A stretch of 64,000 nt of DNA from Acidimicrobiia bacterium (GTDB lineage: Bacteria; Actinomycetota; Acidimicrobiia; Spongiisociales; ZC4RG35), in NCBI GenBank assembly GCA_965203555.1, contig CBDBCY010000001.1, positions 1-64,000 of the forward strand, in the 5' to 3' direction. Numbering within the stretch: the stretch's first letter is position 1; the number at the start of each line of letters is the position of its first letter. A program made the translations under genes and the position numbers. Below the pieces are notes generated by a model. The model searched no databases and was not told the DNA's origin. It saw only the letters and a program-made list of their open reading frames with translations. Shown piece after piece: positions 11,128 to 19,666 of this stretch.

Positions 11128-11215
11128 ACCGCGTAGCCTTTCGCGTTCCGGGAGCTAATACTTGTAGGGACCCCGGGGTGGTTCAAGGGCCTGCTGGTCT
11201 GGCCTGGCCAACTGA

Positions 11216-11971
11216 TCAGAAGAGAAACAGCAGGGCCACAGTCAGGCCGGCGACAGCAGCCCCCACGGTAGCGGCCAATAAGAAGCAACCGGCCTTACGC
11301 TTTGCCGGGGGCGGTTCGGCTCTTCGGGTCCGTTGAAAGGGGGGCGGTTCGGCTCTTCGGGTCCGTTGAAAGGGGGGCGGTTCGGCTCTTCGGGTCCGTT
11401 GAGAGGCGGGCGGTTTGACCCATTGATCAGGCTGCCCACCTGCTTCTATGGTTTCGGTGAGCTTCTCAACTACATCCCACGGCCGTCTGTTGACGGTTCT
11501 GCCTTTCAGGAATCCATCCACTTGGGACCACAACCGGGGAAGCTCGTGGTCGGCGACCAGCGCCATCATCTCCCAATTGTTCTGCAAACCCTCTCTGGTT
11601 AGATTGGCCGACCCGATCATGGCCGCCGTGGCTGAGGTGCGCCAGGAGTCCGCGACTATCCAGCTCTTTGTATGCATAACGGACGCCCCTTGAGAACTCT
11701 TGGATGTCTGATACCAGTTGAGAACCCTCACATCCTTTCGACGCAGGAACTCGAGAGCCCGGCGACGGTCGGTATCAGTGGCGATCTGGAACCGGTGCTT
11801 TTTGGTGTCTCCGATGACGACCGTCACCGTCCTACCGCGTGTGTTTTCCTGCAGCCAGGCCAAACCCCACACACTGGCGAATCCGACCATCACATACAGA
11901 TGACCGTCAGGATGATCCCTGAGAAACCGCTTGATGTGTTCCTGACTGTTACTGCCGATCATTGATCCCAT
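11216..11971 (-). CDS. phospholipase D-family (HxK) nuclease-like protein with repeat linker and C-terminal TM helix
   Basis: MHTKSWIV...IGSANLTREGLQNNWE motif; GCFLLAATVGAAVAGLTVALLFLF tail. Confidence 0.75.
   Translation of the reverse strand: MGSMIGSNSQEHIKRFLRDHPDGHLYVMVGFASVWGLAWLQENTRGRTVTVVIGDTKKHRFQIATDTDRRRALEFLRRKDVRVLNWYQTSKSSQGASVMHTKSWIVADSWRTSATAAMIGSANLTREGLQNNWEMMALVADHELPRLWSQVDGFLKGRTVNRRPWDVVEKLTETIEAGGQPDQWVKPPASQRTRRAEPPPFQRTRRAEPPPFQRTRRAEPPPAKRKAGCFLLAATVGAAVAGLTVALLFLF
11306..11415. repeat. 33-bp tandem repeat x3 within the PLD gene
   Basis: GCGGTTCGGCTCTTCGGGTCCGTTGA starts at 11311, 11344 and 11377; encodes QRTRRAEPPPF. Confidence 0.95.
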
Positions 11972-12094
11972 GTCTGATAGCTCGACTTTACGCTACCGGG
12001 AAAGGGGGCTGTTCCGGTGCGTTGCCTCGAGTGGGACCCAGTATTCGGCAGCACCGCAAGGATACTCGGTTCTGCCTGTTCCCAACCCACCTGT

Positions 12095-12718
12095 TCAGGT
12101 TCCCCCTCGGGACAACAAAGCGGCTTCTATTCTCGCTCCCACGGTGGTGTCCCGGTATCCCCGACCGCTGAGCAGTTTCCGGAGGGCCTCCATGGGCAGA
12201 TGCTCCAACGCCCACGTCTCCGCGTATAGGCACCTCATTGATCCCCTCGGAGCGAGCACGCGGGAGGCGATGTACCACGAGTGCTTGGACACCCGCAGGT
12301 ACCACGGGTCGGGTCCCGACCAGAACAGCCACCAGAACTGGGGTGGCACGCCATCATCACCGGCGCCGGGGGGCTGGTAGCGGGGCACCGCCTCCCCCAG
12401 GAGGTCCCCCCGGGGGATTTCCCTCCACAATTTGGCCTGCCTACTCCGGTAATACCAACGGACTTTTGTCTCCACTCCCGTGACGTACCCTCGGAACGCC
12501 AACCGCTCGAAAGCCTCTCGGGCGTGCTCCGGGTCCAGGTTGGCCGCCCTGGCGAGATATCCCGTCTCGACACCCCAGGGGAACTCTCGCGAAACCGCCA
12601 ACGCCGCCCCTTCGCAGCGGGGCAGGCCTGTGCACGGCCCGTCCGACGGGAACACAAACCCCGCAGGAGAACCGCCCTCGCCCACCGCGGGGCAACCGCA
12701 ACCAGGTAAGCCGACCAT
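12095..12718 (-). CDS. hypothetical protein; wHTH-like region plus LFW...YIASRVL region resembling DUF6922
   Basis: YLARAANLDPEHAREAFERL; PPQFWWLFWSGPDPWYLRVSKHSWYIASRVL; start uncertain. Confidence 0.5.
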   Translation of the reverse strand: MVGLPGCGCPAVGEGGSPAGFVFPSDGPCTGLPRCEGAALAVSREFPWGVETGYLARAANLDPEHAREAFERLAFRGYVTGVETKVRWYYRSRQAKLWREIPRGDLLGEAVPRYQPPGAGDDGVPPQFWWLFWSGPDPWYLRVSKHSWYIASRVLAPRGSMRCLYAETWALEHLPMEALRKLLSGRGYRDTTVGARIEAALLSRGGT

Positions 12719-12767
12719 AGGTACCCAAACGGAGAATACCGGAGGCTAAAGCTTGACCGGCCTCCCA

Positions 12768-12841
12768 GTTTCACCGCGGATGGCGAGCAATCACCTCCTC
12801 AGTCGACACGCATTGACAGCCACCTCTTTAGACCGCGCCGT
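12768..12841 (-). pseudogene. 5' remnant of gene X (MARTKEVAFNAL...EELIARHPRW), decayed copy
   Basis: Reads TARSKEVAVNA/EEVIARHPR*; nucleotide match to about 13960-14030. Confidence 0.75.
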
Positions 12842-12932
12842 GTTCCTCGCCTCAATCTGGGGTCTCGAAAGGACAAACGCATGAGCAAAGCGACCGACCC
12901 CCCTTAATCCCCACGATGTGTCTGATCTCGGC

Positions 12933-13193
12933 TCATATCTCAAACATGTAAAGGAATTCGGAACAGGGCTTGTTGGCGTGGAAGACAAGAGCTTGGCTGG
13001 TATTGATGAGAACAATGGTGGGAAGTCCCTGCATGTCCCATCCAGCTACCGCTACGATGTTCTGCCGCCCGTGCATCTGATCGGTGTCCACCCTCACATT
13101 CCTGCGAAGAACGCGCTCGATGTCCTTCACCGTGCGGTGCTTCAAAGCAGCAGGATGAACCCTCAGACGCTGGCCGTGAAACCAGATCGGCAC
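12933..13193 (-). CDS. BrnT/RelE-like putative toxin, module copy B
   Basis: AALKHRTVKDIERVL...AGWDMQGLPTIVLIN...VFHA; paralogous to 14094-14342 and 49867-50133. Confidence 0.65.
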   Translation of the reverse strand: MPIWFHGQRLRVHPAALKHRTVKDIERVLRRNVRVDTDQMHGRQNIVAVAGWDMQGLPTIVLINTSQALVFHANKPCSEFLYMFEI

Positions 13194-13205
13194 AGCCGTT
13201 TGGCT

Positions 13206-13505
13206 TCAGAGACCTGGAACAGGCAGGCGGGTCTCTACTCTAACTCGGAAGTCGGGGGGTAGAAGGGACAGCAGAGTGGCCTTGTCCGACTTGGTCGCCA
13301 TGCTGAGAATGTCCGCCGCTTCCTCGGCGCCCACCTCCAGCAAATGGCTCACCTGATGCTCGGTCTCCCAACCGGCAAAAAGCCCAAACGCCCACTCTCG
13401 TACCTGCTCTTTCGTTTCAGGCCCGGCCGGGGCACCTTTCCATCCCAGTTTTCGACCGGGATCGTTCAAGACCTCGATCATCTCGTCGACAGACATGTCC
13501 CTCAC
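13206..13505 (-). CDS. MgtE-N-like putative antitoxin, module copy B
   Basis: DEMIEVLNDP...EEAADILSMATKSDKATLLSLLPP; -10 TACTCT 7 nt before GTG. Confidence 0.7.
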   Translation of the reverse strand: MRDMSVDEMIEVLNDPGRKLGWKGAPAGPETKEQVREWAFGLFAGWETEHQVSHLLEVGAEEAADILSMATKSDKATLLSLLPPDFRVRVETRLPVPGL

Positions 13506-13583
13506 AGATAGAAGAGTACAACCAACTAGGAACTAAACCTACACGTCACAAGATCCCGACCATGCCGCAAGTGGACTTCCACC

Positions 13584-13925
13584 CTAGTTCACGCCCAGCA
13601 ATTCCCGGTAGCGGGCGGCGGACATGGGGTGGCGGCCGAGGTTCGGCTATGGCTATCACTGCTTCGAGTCGCTGCAGGTTGGAGGCGATCAGCTCGTCGC
13701 GGTGGGGGTAGCGCCAGACGGTGTCCTCCATTCCCAGGCGGACGTGAAGGCCCATGAGCATGGCCGGGGTGACCAGGGTAGACCGAGGGGCGCCCGGCGG
13801 CGGCACATGCCGAGATGATCGAGTCGGGGTTGACATAGAAGATGGAGTCGAACATGCGGGGCACGCCCTTGATCACTTGCCGGGGGTTTGCAGGGGCTGC
13901 CGCCGGGGAACGGGGTACCACCACA
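13584..13925 (-). pseudogene. diverged, frameshifted duplicate of the BKACE 3' end
   Basis: Aligns to 16777-17122 (GLHVRLGMEDTVWRYPHRDELIASNLQ) with substitutions and indels. Confidence 0.9.
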
Positions 13926-14030
13926 CAGCACAGCCTCGGCAGTCACCAGGCTCTTGTTCCAACGCGGATGCCGAGCGATCAACTCCTCGGCCAGCAACGC
14001 ATTGAAGGCCACCTCTTTGGTCCGCGCCAT
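13925..14030 (-). pseudogene. 5' remnant of gene X fused to the BKACE fragment
   Basis: MARTKEVAFNALLAEELIARHPRWNKSLVTAEAVL then switches to BKACE-derived sequence. Confidence 0.75.
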
Positions 14031-14093
14031 GTCATTCTTAGATTACGATCGGAGTTACCGGTTCCGGCGATCCTTCACTTCGGGTGTTCCCCG

Positions 14094-14342
14094 TCATCCC
14101 GACCCATGACCGAAAAGGCCGTGATACTTTCTTTCTGACTTCTGGGCGTGAAACACAGCATCTGTCTCCATGTCGAACATCACCACTATGGGAAGGCCCT
14201 GCTTGGTGAACCCTCCGATCGAGATGATCTCATCGCGCGGAAAGTCGGCCTCTGCTCCAGCCGGATGGGCAAGCACCCAAAGAATATCTTCTTCTGAGAA
14301 TCTCTTCAACGCTGAAGCGAGAATCCTGGGCGGTGAGGTCAA
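14094..14342 (-). CDS. BrnT/RelE-like putative toxin, module copy C
   Basis: SALKRFSEEDILWVL...GGFTKQGLPIVVMFD...VFHAQK; TTG start overlaps upstream TGA. Confidence 0.7.
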   Translation of the reverse strand: MTSPPRILASALKRFSEEDILWVLAHPAGAEADFPRDEIISIGGFTKQGLPIVVMFDMETDAVFHAQKSERKYHGLFGHGSG

Positions 14343-14641
14343 GTAACGCCGACAGGCAGCAGAGATACGATTACGTCCGCTAAGTCAACCGGCAGGCGGG
14401 AAAGCACCCTGTCCCGGTCGCTGTCGGACAGCAGAGCCAGGTGGCTCGCCGCAACGTGCGACGGCATGCCCGAGACAAACTCGATCTGGGTTTCGAGGGA
14501 GGACCGGCAGAAAAGCACACCCGCAACCTCGGCTACCCTCTCCAACTCCTCGGGGCTGGGGGACCGACCACGGACATCGTCGAACGTCACATTGGGATCT
14601 TCGGAAAGCGCAATGATCTCCTCGTAATCCAGTTCCGCCAC
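14339..14641 (-). CDS. MgtE-N-like putative antitoxin, module copy C
   Basis: VAELDYEEIIALSEDP...DRVLSRLPVDLA; -10 TAGACT 7 nt before GTG at 14641. Confidence 0.72.
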   Translation of the reverse strand: MAELDYEEIIALSEDPNVTFDDVRGRSPSPEELERVAEVAGVLFCRSSLETQIEFVSGMPSHVAASHLALLSDSDRDRVLSRLPVDLADVIVSLLPVGVT

Positions 14642-14701
14642 AGAGCGCAGTCTATCGCCTCCACCGGGCAAAGAGCAGAATGGTTGGCGATCCTTCAAGA
14701 G

Positions 14702-14763
14702 GAGGTTTTCGGCTATGGCTCGGCCACCAACGCATTGAAAGCTACCTCTTTGATCCGCGCCAT
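14702..14763 (-). pseudogene. short gene X head joined to a 19-bp BKACE piece
   Basis: MARIKEVAFNALVAE joined to GAGGTTTTCGGCTATGGCT, identical to 16831-16849. Confidence 0.75.
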
Positions 14764-14769
14764 GGTCTT

Positions 14770-15314
14770 TTATGCACTCCGTATTCGGTCGACGAGTTTC
14801 CAGATTTCGCTGCTCGGGTTGGATCGTGGTTGTCGACCATCCCCGTCATGCTTCTTGTCGAGCTTCTGCGCCCGCCTCTTTGCATTGCCATACCGATCGG
14901 CGAGCACGTCCAGCAACTCGCCAGGCAAGGCCTTCTTATCCCATGCCAACACCCGCTTGGAATGCCTCTGAGCATCGTGGCGTTCGATATGAGCGTCCTG
15001 ATCTCCGAAGTGGAGGATGAACCACAACTCTATGCAGGGGTTGGAGACAGCAAGATGGATGTCATTCGCCCTGGCCATTTCAATGGAGTCAGGGATCCTG
15101 GAGTGCCTGTCCACATCAAAGACACACCAATACTCAGCACTACTTGGGCTGCGTCCGGTGTAGCGACGCTCCTCGCGGCTCTGTTTAGTCTGGCCCAGTA
15201 TTTAAGGTAACTGACTTCCGTCTTCTTCCCCTCTGTGAATACCACGATTCGCTTCCGGTTGTCGGGTGAGGGCGTTCCTATCTTTTTTTGGCTTCCGGGC
15301 AACCCCCGTCTCAT
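14770..15314 (-). pseudogene. rloB: RloB-family protein, split by a frameshift near 15180
   Basis: IVVFTEGKKTEVSYL in one frame; YWCVFDVD...SNPCIELWFILHF in another. Confidence 0.82.
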
Positions 15315-16654
15315 CCGACACCAGCAGTTACAAGTTCCGCGGCTGCGTCGGTGTCACCGATGGAGAGAATCGGCCTGGCGCCGTAATAGCCCTGCCGGTA
15401 ACGCTTTTCTATGGCCTCCTGTTTGCGAGGTCCAAAGTCTGTGAGTGGATAGAGGCGCGTGGCCCCGTCGTTGAGCTTCTCAGTGAACCAAATCTGGTCG
15501 CGACCCAAAGGTCGGCTACCTGATGCATCGCCTAGCAACTGCATGTCGTGGGAGTTGAAGATGAGTTGGGCGCACCGTGTGTTGGTCTCGGGATCTTGGA
15601 ACACCCTCAGCAATTCCTGCACCAGTCTCGGATGGAGACTCGTATCCAATTCATCGGCCAAGAGAACGGAGCCGGATGCGAGGGCTCTGAGGACCGGGCC
15701 GATCAAACCGAACCAGACCAGCGTGCCGCTGGACTCGTCGGCTTCGTCGAGTTCAATCTCCCCGGTGACTCCACCATGAACGAGTTGCACTCCCATAATC
15801 GGATCGGAGGCCAAGATGGGCTCCTCCTCGATCCCCTCATCATGCAAAAAACGAAGAAAGCGTTGAACACGCTCCTGCTCAACAGGATCCATCTTGACCT
15901 TGCGAGCGCCGGTGATACCCAGATCAGCCGCCCTCAGCAAATGCAGGACCGCCTTCCGGTCGCGGGCGTCGTCAAGCATCTCGGTAGTAAAAGCCATGCG
16001 AACAGGACGGTCATCGGCATCGGCCAGCATCAGGTTGTCCTCGAACCACTGGTAAATTGGCAACAGAAGAGGGTGATTTGCTGAAGCGGCGGTCGACAGG
16101 AACAACGCGTTGGGTCGTAGGAGCTCTTGGACTGCCCGCCCCTTGCCCCGCAAGGACGCGCCCAGATGCACGCCTGCCGTATCACGATGGAATAGCAATG
16201 CCGCTCGCCCTTTCGGATAGCGGTAGGCCCACTCCTCGACCACTCGGTCATCGTCGATTGCGAATCCGTACCGGTGCAACACACCCCTCAGCACGATCTC
16301 AATCTGGTAACGCGACGGCTGCGCCTTGGACTGCTCGTCAAGCAGAAAAGGCTGACGAGGCATCCCGCCACCCGGACGGAAATGTCGAAATGAAAACAGC
16401 ACATAGTTCTGCATATCGTCCATTACCTTCAGCAGATTGCTCTTGCCGGAGGCGTTGGCGCCGAAGACGCCGGCGGCGGGCAACACGGAGAGCGGCTTAC
16501 CACCCTCGCGCCAAGGCAGCTCACGCACGAAGTCCGGCTCGGACAAGGAGGTGGCGGCCATCGAGAGCACGGCTTCGTCTCGGAAGGACCGGGCGTTCCG
16601 GGCTCGGAACTCAATCAGAGCGGACGGGTAACAACTTGGATTGTGATCGCTCAT
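15311..16654 (-). CDS. RloA-like ABC-type (AAA_21) ATPase
   Basis: Walker A GANASGKSN, ESSGT, DELDTSLHP, QLIFNSHD, RDQIWFTEK, YRQGYYGARP; paired with rloB. Confidence 0.9.
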   Translation of the reverse strand: MSDHNPSCYPSALIEFRARNARSFRDEAVLSMAATSLSEPDFVRELPWREGGKPLSVLPAAGVFGANASGKSNLLKVMDDMQNYVLFSFRHFRPGGGMPRQPFLLDEQSKAQPSRYQIEIVLRGVLHRYGFAIDDDRVVEEWAYRYPKGRAALLFHRDTAGVHLGASLRGKGRAVQELLRPNALFLSTAASANHPLLLPIYQWFEDNLMLADADDRPVRMAFTTEMLDDARDRKAVLHLLRAADLGITGARKVKMDPVEQERVQRFLRFLHDEGIEEEPILASDPIMGVQLVHGGVTGEIELDEADESSGTLVWFGLIGPVLRALASGSVLLADELDTSLHPRLVQELLRVFQDPETNTRCAQLIFNSHDMQLLGDASGSRPLGRDQIWFTEKLNDGATRLYPLTDFGPRKQEAIEKRYRQGYYGARPILSIGDTDAAAELVTAGVG

Positions 16655-16776
16655 AACCTCAATATAGACAAAAACCTGCGCTATATCTCAGAAAACAACC
16701 AAATTCATCCATTGTGAACATCCGCCGTAGCGTCGAGGTCCTAGGTCGAACCCGGATGTTCCCTCCACCTTGAGCC

Positions 16777-17781
16777 TCAGTCCAACCCCAGCAACTCCCG
16801 GTAGCGGGCGGCTGACATGGGTTGGCGGCCGAGGTTTTCGGCTATGGCTATTACGGCTTCCAGTTGCTGCAGGTTGGAGGCGATCAGCTCGTCGCGGTGG
16901 GGGTAGCGCCAGACGGTGTCCTCCATTCCCAGGCGGACGTGGAGGCCCATGAGCATGGCCAGGGTGACCAGGTATACCGAGGGGCGGCCGGCGGCGCACA
17001 CCGAGATGATCGAGTCGGGATTGATGTCGTGGATGGAATCGACTATCCGGGTCAGGCCCGAGATCATCTGGCTGGGGTTGTGCATGGGGCTGCCACCGGG
17101 GAGCGCCGGCAGCACCACCCAGTAGAGGGGTTCTTCCAGCAGGCCCGATTCGATCAGATAGCGGCGGGCGTTATCCACGTCGGCGTCGGTGTAGACGGCG
17201 ATTTCGGGCTTCACCCCGGCCTCCATCAGGATGCGGGTCTTCTCGATAACCACTGCCGGAGGCTTGGCGAACAGGGTGTCGCCGCAGAAGGTGGCGGTGG
17301 TGTTGACCGGCGACCCGGTGATCAGGCCCGAATTGCTGATCTTGATCATCTCGTTCCAGTCGTCGGGACCGATCGCCACCTCTCCCGCCGACACGTACAG
17401 TTCTTCGAACTCATCACGGAGCGGCTCGATGATGGTGACGAAACGGGCCAAGTCCAGGATGGACCACTCCGCCTCGTTGCGAACATGGATGTGCAGAGCG
17501 GTGGCACCGGCCCGCATGCAAGCCCTGCCTGCTTCCATGATCTCCTGTTCGCTGATGGGCTGGGCCGGATTGTGGCGGGTCATGAAAAACCCGCCGGTGA
17601 GCGCAACCGAGATGGCCACCTCTTCGGAAATGGGCCAGCGGGGCGCCACGTCAACGTCGGCGTAGGCGGAGGTGAAGGGATTGGTTATGTCGGGCATCCC
17701 GTAGGGCTTTAGCACCGCCCGGGTCTTGCTCCGCTGCATGTATGCGTTGACTCGGTCCCATTTGATTCTGTCGTTTGCCAT
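16777..17781 (-). CDS. beta-keto acid cleavage enzyme (BKACE / 3-keto-5-aminohexanoate cleavage family)
   Basis: ISVALTGG...AGATALHIHVR...GVKPE...GLHVRLGMED. Confidence 0.9.
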   Translation of the reverse strand: MANDRIKWDRVNAYMQRSKTRAVLKPYGMPDITNPFTSAYADVDVAPRWPISEEVAISVALTGGFFMTRHNPAQPISEQEIMEAGRACMRAGATALHIHVRNEAEWSILDLARFVTIIEPLRDEFEELYVSAGEVAIGPDDWNEMIKISNSGLITGSPVNTTATFCGDTLFAKPPAVVIEKTRILMEAGVKPEIAVYTDADVDNARRYLIESGLLEEPLYWVVLPALPGGSPMHNPSQMISGLTRIVDSIHDINPDSIISVCAAGRPSVYLVTLAMLMGLHVRLGMEDTVWRYPHRDELIASNLQQLEAVIAIAENLGRQPMSAARYRELLGLD

Positions 17782-17798
17782 TATTTGTATGCGCTCCT

Positions 17799-18563
17799 TT
17801 ACTCAAGACGCTGAGCCCGAAAGCCCCCGTCCACATGCACCAGTTCCCCGGTGATAAAACTCGATCGGTCTGACAGCAGGAACACGATTGCCTCTGCCAA
17901 TTCTTCGGTGGTCCCCAAACGCCCCACGGCATGCTCCAACGCCGCCGCCTCGGCATCCACTATTCCCTGGGCGGCCGCCCGTTTGAAAAGCGGTGTCTCC
18001 ACCATTCCCGGGATCACCTGGTTGACTCTGATTCCCGCCGGCGCCCATTCCACGGCCAGCACCCGGGTGAGACCTGCGATACCCGTCTTGGAGGTTGTAT
18101 AAGCGGCCCGACCGGGGAATCCGAAGTCCTGGGCGATGGAACCAACGGTGACTATCGAACCTCCACCGGCGTCCCGCATGGCGCGCCCGGCGGCCTGGCA
18201 CCAGTAGAAGGTTCCGTTGAGATGGACTCCCAGCACTTTCCGCCAGTTCTCGGCGGGCAACTCGAAACTGTCCCCCACGATCTGGATGCCTGCGCAGGTA
18301 ACCAGCATGCGGATCGGCCGGTTCCACGCCTCGATCTCTGCTGCCGCGGCTTGGACCGCCGACTGATCAGTCACGTCGCACTGCACGAAACGAACCCGGT
18401 CCTCACCGAACCGTTCCACCAACTCGGCCGACTGGGCCTCGTTCAAGTCGACCAGGGCGCATGCCGCGTCCGGGCGACGTTCCAGCAGCAATTCGGCGGT
18501 CTTCCAGCCGATCCCGCTGGCGCCGCCGGTGATCACCGCCACCGCAGAAACCGGGGTGTTCAT
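17799..18563 (-). CDS. short-chain dehydrogenase/reductase
   Basis: TGGASGIG, YTTSK, GIRVN, VDGG; ATGA overlap with the upstream gene. Confidence 0.93.
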   Translation of the reverse strand: MNTPVSAVAVITGGASGIGWKTAELLLERRPDAACALVDLNEAQSAELVERFGEDRVRFVQCDVTDQSAVQAAAAEIEAWNRPIRMLVTCAGIQIVGDSFELPAENWRKVLGVHLNGTFYWCQAAGRAMRDAGGGSIVTVGSIAQDFGFPGRAAYTTSKTGIAGLTRVLAVEWAPAGIRVNQVIPGMVETPLFKRAAAQGIVDAEAAALEHAVGRLGTTEELAEAIVFLLSDRSSFITGELVHVDGGFRAQRLE

Positions 18564-19666
18564 TCCTTCCTCTCTTTCTCTTCTCGTTTGGACAAACCCT
18601 TCGCGATCAGGGTCCGGTGGATTTCGTTGGCTCCGTCCACGATCTGGTTGAGCTTTGCTTCCCGCATCAACCGCTCCACTTTGCCCGCGGCCAGATACCC
18701 CCATCCGCCCATGAGTTGGGTAGCAGAGGTGGTTACCGACATGGCCATATCCGTGACATACACCTTGGCCATCGAAATCTCCAAAGATGCCGGCTGCCCC
18801 GCGTCCACCAGCGAGGCGGCGTGAGCGAGATAAACCCCTCCGGTCTCCACCGCTATGCCCATGTCGGCCAGGCTCTGCTGCACTGCGCCCTGCCGGTTGA
18901 GAGGTTTGCCGAACCGCTCGGTGCGCGCGGTGTAGTCAAGAGCCAACTCCAGGGCTTCGGTGGCTATGCCCAGCGCCAGTCCGGCGGTGAGCAGGCGGCT
19001 TCGGCCGAGATGAGGCCACAAGCCGGTCATCTCCCCCACCCGGTCATCGGCGGATACGACACATCCCTCCAGTTCGATCTCACACAGATGCACCCCTCGC
19101 AAAGCCATGGTGGCGCCCAATCGGCGCACCCGGCATCCTGACGAGCCGGGATCCACCGCAAAGACGGAAGGCGCCGCTCCGGGCTTCTCCCGGGCGGCAA
19201 CCAGCAGGAAGTCGACCTGGTCGGCATTGGGAATGTAAGTCTTGACTCCCGTGATCCGGTATTCCCCCTCGCTCTTTTCGGCCATGCTCGACAGCGCCGA
19301 CAGATCATTGCCGCTGCCCGGCTCGTTGAGTCCCAGCACCGAAGAAGCCCTACCCTCAACGATTGGAAGGCCCAGCCTCTTCCACTGCAGGTCGTCGGTG
19401 ACTGCGGCGAGATATCCGGCGATCAGCGCGTTGGTCAGTAGGAAACCGAAGGGCCGATAGATACGGCCCAAGTCGGTGGCGATCTCCACGATCTCCGTCC
19501 AGGGCCGGGGATCACCGCCCCGGTCGGAGGGAGTCATCATACCGAACAACCCAAAGCGCCGCCCCACCTTCCACAGCGCTTCGGGCGGAACATGGCCGGA
19601 TTCCTCCCAGCCGTCCACCTGTGGCTCGATCTCAGAGCGCAGATGGTCCAGCAAATCGCTCATCAC
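18560..19666 (-). CDS. acyl-CoA dehydrogenase family protein
   Basis: LNEPGSGND, ITGVKTYI, QLMGGWGY, IVDGANEIHR. Confidence 0.93.
   Translation of the reverse strand: MMSDLLDHLRSEIEPQVDGWEESGHVPPEALWKVGRRFGLFGMMTPSDRGGDPRPWTEIVEIATDLGRIYRPFGFLLTNALIAGYLAAVTDDLQWKRLGLPIVEGRASSVLGLNEPGSGNDLSALSSMAEKSEGEYRITGVKTYIPNADQVDFLLVAAREKPGAAPSVFAVDPGSSGCRVRRLGATMALRGVHLCEIELEGCVVSADDRVGEMTGLWPHLGRSRLLTAGLALGIATEALELALDYTARTERFGKPLNRQGAVQQSLADMGIAVETGGVYLAHAASLVDAGQPASLEISMAKVYVTDMAMSVTTSATQLMGGWGYLAAGKVERLMREAKLNQIVDGANEIHRTLIAKGLSKREEKERKE

Noticed and set aside
11306-11415. 33-bp repeats as CRISPR
   Set aside because: Head-to-tail with no spacers and in frame within a CDS.
12768-16777. Classical integron or prophage as the explanation for the hotspots
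   Set aside because: No tyrosine or serine recombinase, attC-like palindromes or phage structural genes seen in the window.
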